From: Ignavibacteria bacterium
Lineage (GTDB): Bacteria > Bacteroidota > Ignavibacteria > Palsa-1295
DNA: 64,000 bases
NCBI GenBank assembly: GCA_013287605.1
Contig: JABDDM010000002.1
Span: 1,145-65,144, forward strand
Reading direction: 5' to 3'
The position numbers were made by a program, and so were the translations under genes. Below are positions 19,705-28,251 of the stretch, in pieces. Every line of letters starts with the position of its first letter. Position 1 is the first letter of the stretch. Under the pieces are notes generated by a model that saw only the letters and a list, made by a program, of their open reading frames with translations, had not been told where the DNA came from and made no database searches.

Positions 19705-19885
19705 AAAGATGGGTGATGACTTTGAATCTGCGTTTTGCTCGTGGCCTCTGAATGGTGTCGCCCATCACGGGGCGTTTGCGCTTGCAGCACTCAAGAGAGC
19801 ATCTAAGGGATCTATTCGAGCCTTTAGGATTCAGGGCTTCTTGGCTGGAATTTTTCCCTTCATGAATAGGGGCAAATCTTCATAA
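19616..19885 (+). CDS. DUF2158 (YodC-like) small protein
   Basis: KVGDVVQLKQGGQIMTVTQI…FCSWPLNG matches the YodC/DUF2158 pattern (VGDVVxLKSGGPxMTV…CxWF). The real start is probably the internal Met (MEEKIKVGD). Confidence 0.55.
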   Translation: MAVMEEKIKVGDVVQLKQGGQIMTVTQINKKMGDDFESAFCSWPLNGVAHHGAFALAALKRASKGSIRAFRIQGFLAGIFPFMNRGKSS

Positions 19886-20112
19886 GTTGATCAGGCCCGA
19901 CTTCAATTCGAACACGGAGTCAACCCCTTACTTCTTAAAGCTTTTTCGATCATTTCGACGGATTTCCTCTCGCAGTCGTCGTAAGTTCTCCTCCTTGGGA
20001 TTTTTGGGGAGAGCCATGGGAGCCTCCTTCGCAGAGTGTTTGGAATTCTCCTTAATAATTTTTTTCTGTTCAGGGGATAAAATGTCTTGCGTCGTTGGGT
20101 ATAGCATCTAAC

Positions 20113-21126
20113 TTACTCTTTGTGCTTTGAAACAGCGTGAAATCTAGTCTTGTAGGCTTCCTCGGACATCCATCTGAAGCCGTCGCTAGGTGTGATCAGC
20201 CCAATATGTATTTCGCCACCGACAGTCGGCAATCTATCGCTGAATTGCTGCGACTTGATCATCAGGTCTACCAAGAACTCAACAAACTCAATGGCCGCTT
20301 GTTCCGAGAAAAATCTCAATTCCGAAGACAGTCTGCTGTAGGCAAACGGAAAATCGAACCGTTCCTCAGATTTTGGCACTAATGTGTTGAAATCTGGGAC
20401 ATCTCCAGTATAGCCGTTCCCCTGCAAGTAGTTTTTTAGTCTTTCCTGGTAGAGGCCTAGGGCAAAGTAAGCTTGATGGATCGCCACACCCCACCCCCTG
20501 TCGTCGATACCATTCACAACTCGTTGAATCACGTCGTGTTGGCCACCAAATACGATACTATATCTGCTGGGATCCTCATTGCACTCGGTAATCTCTGGTT
20601 CGTCCCCATATTTGATCACGATTTTCCAAATTTCTGGATCATGACTCCCTTTGGAATATCCCGAAACGATTACTTCCATTGGTGAATAATATTGTGAGGA
20701 AGCTTTGTACTCCTTGTCAAGGTGCTCGCTTAGTGCCTTAGTCAAACTGTCCATTTTCTTCGCAGCGGTCTTGAACCCAGCTGACTCTTGGAATTCCTCA
20801 ATAATAGTCTTTAGACTCTTCGCGCCCAGGCTCGCTAATCCCGCAAAAAGTAGCCCTACTGGAAGGTGTTCCTTGGGCTTACCAAGTGGAAATAGTTTGG
20901 TAAGTGATGGTATCTGGTTAGACGGTATGGGTTGAGAGAGTTCGAAGAGTTTCTCGCTCGTAAGGGTGACCGGTACACCGTTAGCATCTGTTTTGGGATT
21001 GCCATTGGATTCAAAAAGATGCTGATATATTGAAATCCAAGGCACGTATGGATTACTGATTGTGCCCAAACTATCGCAGCCAAGGACAATGCAGTTACTA
21101 GTCGCCAAACTGATGGTGGTGGTCAT
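20113..21126 (-). CDS. hypothetical protein with an N-terminal Ntn-hydrolase (proteasome beta/HslV-like) signature
   Basis: The N-terminus MTTTISLATSNCIVLGCDSLGT parallels HslV/proteasome-beta N-termini (MTTIVSV…VIAGDGQAT), with a Thr nucleophile directly after the Met. 337 aa. Lower GC than the flanking DNA. Confidence 0.4.
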   Translation of the reverse strand: MTTTISLATSNCIVLGCDSLGTISNPYVPWISIYQHLFESNGNPKTDANGVPVTLTSEKLFELSQPIPSNQIPSLTKLFPLGKPKEHLPVGLLFAGLASLGAKSLKTIIEEFQESAGFKTAAKKMDSLTKALSEHLDKEYKASSQYYSPMEVIVSGYSKGSHDPEIWKIVIKYGDEPEITECNEDPSRYSIVFGGQHDVIQRVVNGIDDRGWGVAIHQAYFALGLYQERLKNYLQGNGYTGDVPDFNTLVPKSEERFDFPFAYSRLSSELRFFSEQAAIEFVEFLVDLMIKSQQFSDRLPTVGGEIHIGLITPSDGFRWMSEEAYKTRFHAVSKHKE

Positions 21127-21427
21127 CTTCTCTATATTTGGAAGTGAGGAGGCAACAAATATACGTACTATTCTAATCGTTTCACGAAGATGCCGGTGAA
21201 TCTGGCCAAGTCCCCTGCTGAGTCAAGTATATCAGTCCCTGAATAAAGTTTTCACACACACTAGCGTTGCTTGAAGGAAATATTGATTCCAGATCAGAAT
21301 CGAGGATGTAACTGTGACTGACCTCTTATTATGAAAAACGTTTACACATCTCGCGGCTGATCCGCCTGGAGGATTCCATGAGATCCTTCGTCGGCCCAGG
21401 ATGACAAATCGAAATCCTAATCCCCAA

Positions 21428-21471
21428 CTGTTCCCCGTTCCCCGTTCCCTGTTCCCTGTTCCCTGTTCCCC
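21428..21471. repeat. tandem array of the heptamer CTGTTCC(C/T), about 6-7 copies
   Basis: CTGTTCCCCGTTCCCCGTTCCCTGTTCCCTGTTCCCTGTTCCCC read directly, about 140 bp upstream of the ssb start. Confidence 0.8.
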
Positions 21472-21609
21472 GACTCGCAGAGTCTCGATTGTTGAAAATT
21501 CGCAGAAACGGTTACTTCTCTTTTCGAATTATATGTGACGTGTTCTCACGCTGGGAAGGGTATAACCTTCGGCGCAGACGATAACCAAATAGAATATTTA
21601 GTCGACGAT

Positions 21610-22080
21610 ATGGGTAAGAGTTTGAATAAGGCGACGATTATCGGGAATGCCGGTAAGGATGCAGAGGTCCGATACACAGGTACTGGCAAAGCGGTCGCGA
21701 CCTTCAGTGTTGCGACCACAGATTCATGGAAAGACAAGACCTCCGGTCAGATGCAGGAAAAGACTGAGTGGCACAATATCGTGGCCTGGGAACGGCTTGG
21801 TGAGATCTGCGGGGAATATGTCAAGAAGGGCAAGCGAGTCTACATCGAGGGCCGCATCCAGTCGCGAAGCTATGATGATAAAGAAGGCAACAAGCGTTAC
21901 ATCACAGAGATTGTAGCAAGCGATATGATCCTTCTGGATGGCGGCACGCCACGCGAAGGCGGCGGCAACCACTCGGAGGGCTCGTACTCGAATAATCGAA
22001 GCGCAGCTCCAAGCCAGTCTAGCGCACCGGTGGTCCATGAGTTCGATCAGGCTAGCGCCGTCGACGATCTTCCGTTCTAA
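21610..22080 (+). CDS. ssb: single-stranded DNA-binding protein
   Basis: OB-fold SSB motifs (LNKATIIGNAGKDAEVRYT…TEWHNIVAWERLGE…VYIEGRIQSRSYDDKEG). Gly/Ser/Asn-rich tail. Acidic C-terminal tip DDLPF. Start taken at the internal ATG (MGKSLNKATIIGN). Confidence 0.9.
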   Translation: MGKSLNKATIIGNAGKDAEVRYTGTGKAVATFSVATTDSWKDKTSGQMQEKTEWHNIVAWERLGEICGEYVKKGKRVYIEGRIQSRSYDDKEGNKRYITEIVASDMILLDGGTPREGGGNHSEGSYSNNRSAAPSQSSAPVVHEFDQASAVDDLPF

Positions 22081-22094
22081 AGTGCTGATTGTGG

Positions 22095-22120
22095 GTAGAG
22101 AACAGGATCCTGTTCTCTAC
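22095..22120 (+). terminator. perfect 26-bp palindrome downstream of ssb; possible terminator or operator
   Basis: GTAGAGAACAGGATCCTGTTCTCTAC followed by T-rich sequence (CTTTGTTCTCTCT). It shares the GAACAG core with the heptamer arrays. Confidence 0.45.
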
Positions 22121-22122
22121 CT

Positions 22123-23199
22123 TTGTTCTCTCTGCGCTCATCTTCGGCACAGCATTGGCTCGTATTTGGTCCAAGACGCGCTATTTGCGTAGATTTGTAC
22201 GCTGTTTTGCGCTCTAACACCCCTTTTACCCAACCATTGGCAACCGAACGCTCGACTGATGTTAAAGTAGGATTGACCGTTATTGTCGGCCTTCTTATCC
22301 TTTTTCTTGGTATCACCTGGGCGAAAGGCTTAAATATTTTCGGCGCAATCGAGAGCTCGTCGTACATCCGCTTTCACGAGATCGGTGGCCTTGAGGTTGG
22401 CGATCCTGTTTCGATCAGTGGAGTCAAGCGAGGACGCGTCGACAACATTTGGACTCGAGCTACGGATGTGCTAGTAAAGATCACGTTGCCACGTGACGTC
22501 GTCCTCCATAAGGACGCGATTGCCAAGATCATGATGCTCGAACTCATGGGTGGCAAAAAGATCGAGATGTCAATAGGTAGCTTGCCGCCAGTACGAAAGG
22601 AGTCTGATACCCTTGATGGTTATTTCAGCGGCGATGTCGGCACGCTTGTGGAAATGGTGACAGGTCTCTCGGGGACAGTGACATCGCTGGCAAACAATGC
22701 GGATACGATGTTTCTGTCGCTCAACAATTTCTTCCGTGATAACGACCTGAAGGGCACCGTCAACAAGACGCTCAAAGATGCACAGCAGACGCTCGAACAT
22801 TTTGACGTGACAGCGCACAAGGTCAACGCGATGCTCGACGACAACGCAGGACCGATCAAACGTACGTTGCAGCAGGCTGAATCCGCGACCAAGGATCTCG
22901 CAGAGTTTTTGCAGACGGACCGTCCTATCATTCACGCGCTGCTCGACACGACGAGTCTTGTAATGCATGACGCGCGCAGCCTGGTACTGAAAGCAACGAG
23001 CGTTTTTGCAAATGTTGATACGCTGCTTGAGGGTGCATCGCGCAACAATACAGTTCTTTTCAAACTGACCAAAGATGTCGCGTTCGGCAACCGGCTTGAT
23101 ACGCTTGTCACAAATCTGAATAAGTTTATCGAGCAGCTCCGCAAGCAGGGACTTGATGCAAATATTCGGTTCTTCGAGTCCTCGAAGCCGTTACCATAA
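22123..23199 (+). CDS. MCE/MlaD-family protein (outer-membrane lipid asymmetry or ABC-transporter periplasmic component)
   Basis: TM helix VGLTVIVGLLILFLGI followed by an MCE domain (…FHEIGGLEVGDPVSISGVKRGRV…). The start codon is uncertain: the ORF begins at a TTG. Confidence 0.7.
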   Translation: MFSLRSSSAQHWLVFGPRRAICVDLYAVLRSNTPFTQPLATERSTDVKVGLTVIVGLLILFLGITWAKGLNIFGAIESSSYIRFHEIGGLEVGDPVSISGVKRGRVDNIWTRATDVLVKITLPRDVVLHKDAIAKIMMLELMGGKKIEMSIGSLPPVRKESDTLDGYFSGDVGTLVEMVTGLSGTVTSLANNADTMFLSLNNFFRDNDLKGTVNKTLKDAQQTLEHFDVTAHKVNAMLDDNAGPIKRTLQQAESATKDLAEFLQTDRPIIHALLDTTSLVMHDARSLVLKATSVFANVDTLLEGASRNNTVLFKLTKDVAFGNRLDTLVTNLNKFIEQLRKQGLDANIRFFESSKPLP

Positions 23200-23273
23200 A
23201 ATCTTTCAGATGCGGAGCGATTGCGTACGTCAATCTTGTTGCACAACCGGCATTTCAAATCTTTTCGATAACC

Positions 23274-24305
23274 ATGATCCGTTTTGCTTCACGCTCGCTC
23301 ATCATTACGATCACAGCGCTCCTCTCGTTACAAAGCTGTTCAAAGAAGACAGAGGACCTGACGCCCGTTTCGCCGGGCGAGACGATCACGTACAAAGATG
23401 ATTCGCGAAAGTTTAGCTTCAAGGCTCCAAAGGCCTGGGTCGCGGAGTCGCAGCCAGGAGTCAGAACAAGCTATTATTCGACACCCGGCACAGAGCAGCG
23501 CTTCACTAATTTTACGACCGGAGACTACGGTGCGCGGATTGAAGTAGGTGTCGATAGCGGAAAATCTGCGGCCGAAGATGCGGCGGCATTTCGTACCAGC
23601 ATCGAGGGTGTGACCTTCAGCAACCCGGAGCCCTCAACCCTTGGTGGACAGCCGGCGGTCAAAGTTAGCTACTCGCAAGGCAACGATGAAAACGGGCTGA
23701 ACGGTTATCGAATCTTTGCCGATCATGATTCACTCGTGACCTACTTCGACGCGGCGACATTTGGACCTGGAAGAATGTCGAAGTACAAGCCGGTATTTGA
23801 TCTTGCTGAGAAGTCAGTAGTACCAGCGCATGTGATGCGCATCAGCGCGGGCGGCAAAATGGATAGCGCGACCGAAGCGCAGATGAACGAGGACATCAAG
23901 CCTTCGGATCAGATGAGTACCTACCGCGGCAACGGATTCACGATCGACTATCCAGCCAACTTCAACATCCGCGCTTCTTCAAAAGGCGTGCTGATCAAGG
24001 GTGAGCGAAACGACGCGACGATTCAGGTTGATGTGCTCGACAATCCAGGCGGCGCAGATCTTGGTAAATTTGTTGAAGAGAATTCGCAAAAGGTGTATCA
24101 CGGCGCCGCCGTTCAGAATGCGACCGTCGGCGGCCAGCCTGCGAAGGTGATCAGTTATTCATTCCAGCCTTCGGCTGCATCGAAAGCGTATTTTGTCTCA
24201 CGCGGCAAACAGGTTTATAGAATCACGATCAACTGGCCGGTAGCGCAGGAAGCTTCATATAAGCCAGCGATTGAGCGTGCGGCGCAAAGCTTTAAGCTAC
24301 AGTAG
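23274..24305 (+). CDS. hypothetical lipoprotein
   Basis: Lipoprotein signal with lipobox (…LLSLQSC). 343 aa. No recognised catalytic motif. Confidence 0.55.
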   Translation: MIRFASRSLIITITALLSLQSCSKKTEDLTPVSPGETITYKDDSRKFSFKAPKAWVAESQPGVRTSYYSTPGTEQRFTNFTTGDYGARIEVGVDSGKSAAEDAAAFRTSIEGVTFSNPEPSTLGGQPAVKVSYSQGNDENGLNGYRIFADHDSLVTYFDAATFGPGRMSKYKPVFDLAEKSVVPAHVMRISAGGKMDSATEAQMNEDIKPSDQMSTYRGNGFTIDYPANFNIRASSKGVLIKGERNDATIQVDVLDNPGGADLGKFVEENSQKVYHGAAVQNATVGGQPAKVISYSFQPSAASKAYFVSRGKQVYRITINWPVAQEASYKPAIERAAQSFKLQ

Positions 24306-24385
24306 AAAAACAAGTTGCTCTTCTCACTGGAGAAGCCCTTCCTCAGTTTGAGGTTGGGCTTCTCAATTTGATGCGAGTCCCAGAT

Positions 24386-25249
24386 ATGGAATCAACACTG
24401 CGATCGAAGATCGAAGCGTTCGTTGCGATGCCTCCCTCCGAACTTGAAGGAAAGAAAAAAGCGGCGCTCGAATGCTTTGCGTTACTTAAGCAGCAACTCA
24501 ACGAAGGTGTCGTGCGCGCCGCTGAACCGGACAGCAGTTCAGCAACTGGTTGGCGGACGAACAGGTGGGTCAAGCAAGGGATCTTATTGGGATTTAGGAT
24601 TGGAGTTCTAAGAGAGGTCGAGAGCACACCGCCATGGAGTTTTTTTGATAAGTCCACGGTGCCGGTGAAGTCATTCCGAATCGAGGACAATGTTAGAGTC
24701 GTCCCCGGCGGCAGCACAGTCCGTGATGGTGCGTTCGTTTCGAACGGAGTTATCATCATGCCTCCGGCTTATGTGAACATCGGTGCCTATATCGGTGAGG
24801 GTACGCTGGTCGATTCGCACGCACTTGTTGGCTCCTGCGCGCAAGTTGGAAAGCGTGTACACATCAGCGCTGCGGCTCAGATCGGTGGTGTGCTCGAACC
24901 TGCCGGAGCAATGCCAGTGATCATTGAAGACGATGTTCTGCTCGGTGGCAATACTGGAGTCTATGAAGGTTGTATCGTGAAGACCAGAGCAGTGCTAGGT
25001 ACCGGTGTTGTATTGACGGGATCGACACCACTGTATGATGTTGTCAATGATAGGATCATCTCACGCGCTTCTGCTGACGAACCTTTGATCATTCCTGAAG
25101 GAGCCGTGGTGATCGCGGGCTCACGATCCATCGCCAATCGCTCGGCTTTTGCAAAAGAACACTCACTCGCGCTCTATACCCCGATCATTATCAAGTATCG
25201 TGACGCGAAGACCGACGGAAGAACTGCGCTTGAAAATGCGTTGCGATAA
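24386..25249 (+). CDS. dapD: 2,3,4,5-tetrahydropyridine-2,6-dicarboxylate N-succinyltransferase
   Basis: Collinear with E. coli DapD across the hexapeptide-repeat core (FRVVPGG…VNIGAYIGEGTLVDSHALVGSCAQVGKRVHISAAAQIGGVLEP…). Start chosen at the ATG giving MESTLRSKIEAF. Confidence 0.85.
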   Translation: MESTLRSKIEAFVAMPPSELEGKKKAALECFALLKQQLNEGVVRAAEPDSSSATGWRTNRWVKQGILLGFRIGVLREVESTPPWSFFDKSTVPVKSFRIEDNVRVVPGGSTVRDGAFVSNGVIIMPPAYVNIGAYIGEGTLVDSHALVGSCAQVGKRVHISAAAQIGGVLEPAGAMPVIIEDDVLLGGNTGVYEGCIVKTRAVLGTGVVLTGSTPLYDVVNDRIISRASADEPLIIPEGAVVIAGSRSIANRSAFAKEHSLALYTPIIIKYRDAKTDGRTALENALR

Positions 25250-25250
25250 G

Positions 25251-26375
25251 TCATCGAACATCGATCGTAGTGAACAGCCCTGTCTCCTTCCAAGCGTGAC
25301 GTGATTGCAGGATCATCAGGATCACAAATACGGAGATAGCCGCGATTACGAGCGCGTCTGTCGAGTGTACATTGGGTAAGAGCGCAATCACTCCAATCGC
25401 AAACGTAAGCCAAAGTTGTGGCGCGCTCCGAAATGGAATGGCTGCCACCAGTAAGAGAATGAAGGGCGTAATCGAGATCGCAAGTCCTGTGACGACCAAC
25501 AGCGTCATCACGAAGAGCGATGCGAAGAGCGCCGTGTCCTTTCCGCTCAATTCGGCACGGTACAGAAAAGCGATCGTGACCAGGATGGCGAGTCCTAAGA
25601 GAATTCCGACCATGCCGATACTCCCTGTCCATGGAAGGACAAGAATCGAGAGCACTTTCTGAGGTCCATACGGCAGCATCACCAGAGATGCACAAGCACA
25701 GTACGCGACAACTGCGAGCGCCAATTGGCGAGGCCACTGCTCCCTCGCGGTTCTGGAGATAAGGTGCTTAAGAAATATCCCGACAAGCGCCAAGCCGAGA
25801 ATACCGAATCCGAAAGAGAGTCCGAGGAATGCAAAGGCGATCCACCAACCCCCTTTTATCAAAAACCAGAACGCCCATGCCGCGCACATGAACAAGACGA
25901 ATACACCGTTGTGACCAAAGAGCACGAGCAGGACCGTGGGGTTCAGAATGAAGAGCAGCGTAAATCGCGGCCGCCGTTCAAGTAAGCGAAGCGTCTTCAA
26001 TAACGCGAAGACAATACCAAGATAGCCCGCGGCGCCGATCGCTCGCTCGAGACGAGATGGAAGTGGCAGCAGATAGTGAGGCAGATTAGAAATTGCGAGC
26101 GGCTCATTGTACCAACCACCGAACATTAACTGTGTCGAAGGGAAGACGGACAGCACCGCAAAGGCTGCTGCGATCGCGAGCAACCAATTGACGAATTGAT
26201 TTGGGTCTTTATCCTCGAGTACGTTCGATGATTTGTAGGCCAAGAACATCACTGCCCACATTGCGACAGAGCAAACGAGCGCAGACCATCCCGTCGCTAT
26301 GCCAAACCCAACCACTGCGGTTAGCAGTAGTTGTGCAAAAACGGCAACAAAAAATTGAATCGTGGAGCGGGCCAA
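25251..26375 (-). CDS. hypothetical polytopic inner-membrane protein
   Basis: 374 aa with about 10 hydrophobic helices. No catalytic motif recognised. Confidence 0.55.
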   Translation of the reverse strand: MARSTIQFFVAVFAQLLLTAVVGFGIATGWSALVCSVAMWAVMFLAYKSSNVLEDKDPNQFVNWLLAIAAAFAVLSVFPSTQLMFGGWYNEPLAISNLPHYLLPLPSRLERAIGAAGYLGIVFALLKTLRLLERRPRFTLLFILNPTVLLVLFGHNGVFVLFMCAAWAFWFLIKGGWWIAFAFLGLSFGFGILGLALVGIFLKHLISRTAREQWPRQLALAVVAYCACASLVMLPYGPQKVLSILVLPWTGSIGMVGILLGLAILVTIAFLYRAELSGKDTALFASLFVMTLLVVTGLAISITPFILLLVAAIPFRSAPQLWLTFAIGVIALLPNVHSTDALVIAAISVFVILMILQSRHAWKETGLFTTIDVR

Positions 26376-26422
26376 ATGGTGCAGAGTTAAGGAGCGGAGA
26401 AAAATGCGGACGGCGGTCGTCC

Positions 26423-26848
26423 TTATTTCAGCACAAAATTAAAGAGGACTTGCGTGCCGTCGCCAGAACTGCGGACCTGCAGATCGTTCGTAAGTGCTCG
26501 AAGAAGAAAAATGCCGCGGCCCCCAGGACGGAAGAGAAGATCTCCCTGCGTAGGATCTGGAACGGCCGCTGGATCGAAGCCATCACCTTCGTCATCGACC
26601 TGGATCGCAACCTTGCGCGAGCTTGCTTCGAGCGAAATCACTACGCGATGCTCCTCATGCTCTTTGGAGCCATGACGGATCGCGTTGGTCACCGCTTCGG
26701 AGATCGCAAGCAATATATTATGAAGTGCTACTTCGGGAAGCCGAAGTTCAGCCAGCGTAGAAACTGCCCAACCGTGTACCGTCTCCAAAGAAGATAGTAC
26801 CCCCGGCACCACAAGCCTCTTGTGGATCATCCCCTGCTCACTCTTCAT
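26423..26848 (-). CDS. anti-sigma regulatory factor of the RsbW/SpoIIAB type (HATPase_c Ser/Thr kinase)
   Basis: …ISEAVTNAIRHG… N-box and …DDGDGFD…GGRGIFLLRALT… G-boxes of GHKL-family anti-sigma kinases. 141 aa. Confidence 0.7.
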   Translation of the reverse strand: MKSEQGMIHKRLVVPGVLSSLETVHGWAVSTLAELRLPEVALHNILLAISEAVTNAIRHGSKEHEEHRVVISLEASSRKVAIQVDDEGDGFDPAAVPDPTQGDLLFRPGGRGIFLLRALTNDLQVRSSGDGTQVLFNFVLK

Positions 26849-26899
26849 GAACTGCGTAACGAACGTTCGATAGTAATTAGAACAAGAATGAAAGAAGTA

Positions 26900-27403
26900 T
26901 TACTCTGCTTTTGCGGTGAGCATCCAGTCCTTAACAATGGCCAGATCTCCAATGAGATCAATGAGTCTCGCAAAGCTTTGTGCGTCTACCGAAGTGTAGG
27001 CCGCCGCATCCGAGAATCCAAGCTGTTCAGATTCAACAAGAACCTTCTGCACCTTTTCTACGGCTTCTGCAAAGGATTGTTGCATTCGGTCGAACCCCAT
27101 TGCGTCTTTGCCCTCGCGGCGCATAACGGCGAACGTTCTGTGAGCAAAGCGCGCATAAAACGTCAGGTCGAAGAGTAGCTCAGTTTCGCCATTGAGAGCA
27201 GTCACGATCGAGCTTATCGCATCAGCGTTTTTGAGCCTCCGCGCCTGGGCACTCGACCAGAACTTCCCAAAATCCACGTCTGAAGAACTGCTCACCGAAT
27301 GCTCTGCTCGCAATTCAAGAACATTAATGCTTGATTCATTTGAGGGTAACACCCAGCTAAAACCAGGAGACGATTTTTGCAGCGATCCGAAACGACACAA
27401 CAC
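26900..27403 (-). CDS. hypothetical protein
   Basis: 167 aa ORF upstream of, and on the same strand as, the RsbW-like gene. No STAS-domain signature seen. Confidence 0.4.
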   Translation of the reverse strand: MLCRFGSLQKSSPGFSWVLPSNESSINVLELRAEHSVSSSSDVDFGKFWSSAQARRLKNADAISSIVTALNGETELLFDLTFYARFAHRTFAVMRREGKDAMGFDRMQQSFAEAVEKVQKVLVESEQLGFSDAAAYTSVDAQSFARLIDLIGDLAIVKDWMLTAKAE

Positions 27404-27485
27404 TCATCTCACCTTAATCACATCTCTGAAGGGTTGTTTGCACAACCCTTTTTTGATTTTAAAGAATTGAGATCGGCATGAAACC

Positions 27486-28151
27486 TTACAATGCAGAATC
27501 CGCCATTGCAGGTTCGCTTGCGCGCGTCGACGCAGAGGAACTGTGATCGGACACAGCTCCGCTGATGAAGCCGAGAAGCTCGTTGTGATATTTGTCAAAC
27601 AATTCGGGGACGATCTCTGGAAGCAGTTGGCGAAGCGCTTCGGATGAATGCGGCTTCTCTTTTACGATCGACTGCAATTGACGGTTGTTAAACAGCGAGA
27701 ACGGCTTCAGGTCCTGCTCTTTTGCGATGCCATTGCGCCACTTGCGGATCGCCTCGTATAGCGGCATGTCTTCCTGGGCCACATCGATCACAATCTCGGG
27801 ACGAGGAGCTTTCTCTCTCGGAGCGTCACGCTTGGGTCCGCGCTCATTTTTGATTCCACGACCGTCGCGATCGGAAGGCCGCTCGTTGCGATCGTTTCTA
27901 CCGTGTTCTTCTCTCGAGCGTGGGTTCCGGCGTTCCTGCGGATCGTCGCGTCGCTCTTCATAGGCAACGAGCACGTTCCAGACACCATTGATCGGGTCAC
28001 CGCTGAACTCGGTGCCCCAATGTCGTACGATTTTGTTCTCTAGAAACTGGTTGATTGCGTTCTCTTCCGCTTCGTTTGTGATGCGGAAAGATCTTACACG
28101 GATCGCCATACGCTGTTTGTGGCTTGAAATGATACTACGCCGCTCGGCCAA
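27486..28151 (-). CDS. hypothetical protein with a C-terminal HRDC-like domain and an Arg/Asp/Glu-rich linker
   Basis: LYEAIRKWRNGIAKEQDLKPFSLFNNRQLQSIVKEKP resembles the HRDC fold of RecQ/RNase D. The central region is RDRNERPSDRDGRG…. Confidence 0.45.
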   Translation of the reverse strand: MAERRSIISSHKQRMAIRVRSFRITNEAEENAINQFLENKIVRHWGTEFSGDPINGVWNVLVAYEERRDDPQERRNPRSREEHGRNDRNERPSDRDGRGIKNERGPKRDAPREKAPRPEIVIDVAQEDMPLYEAIRKWRNGIAKEQDLKPFSLFNNRQLQSIVKEKPHSSEALRQLLPEIVPELFDKYHNELLGFISGAVSDHSSSASTRASEPAMADSAL

Positions 28152-28251
28152 TTGCTGTGCGGCAGGAAATGTTCGCCCAGTAATTTAGGGCGTACCTACA
28201 ACATTGAAGCGGAAGAATCTCTCCCGCGATTTTAGTATCTTCCAGGCTTTC

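Noticed and set aside
19887-20111. 74 aa plus-strand ORF between the DUF2158 and Ntn-hydrolase-like genes
   Set aside because: It is short and Arg/Ser-rich, with no motif. It may be non-coding 3' UTR shared by convergent genes, and I did not list it as a feature.
21428-21471. Possible CRISPR array
   Set aside because: The units are 7 nt, directly abutting with no spacers. This is a simple tandem repeat, not a CRISPR array. No cas genes are in the window.
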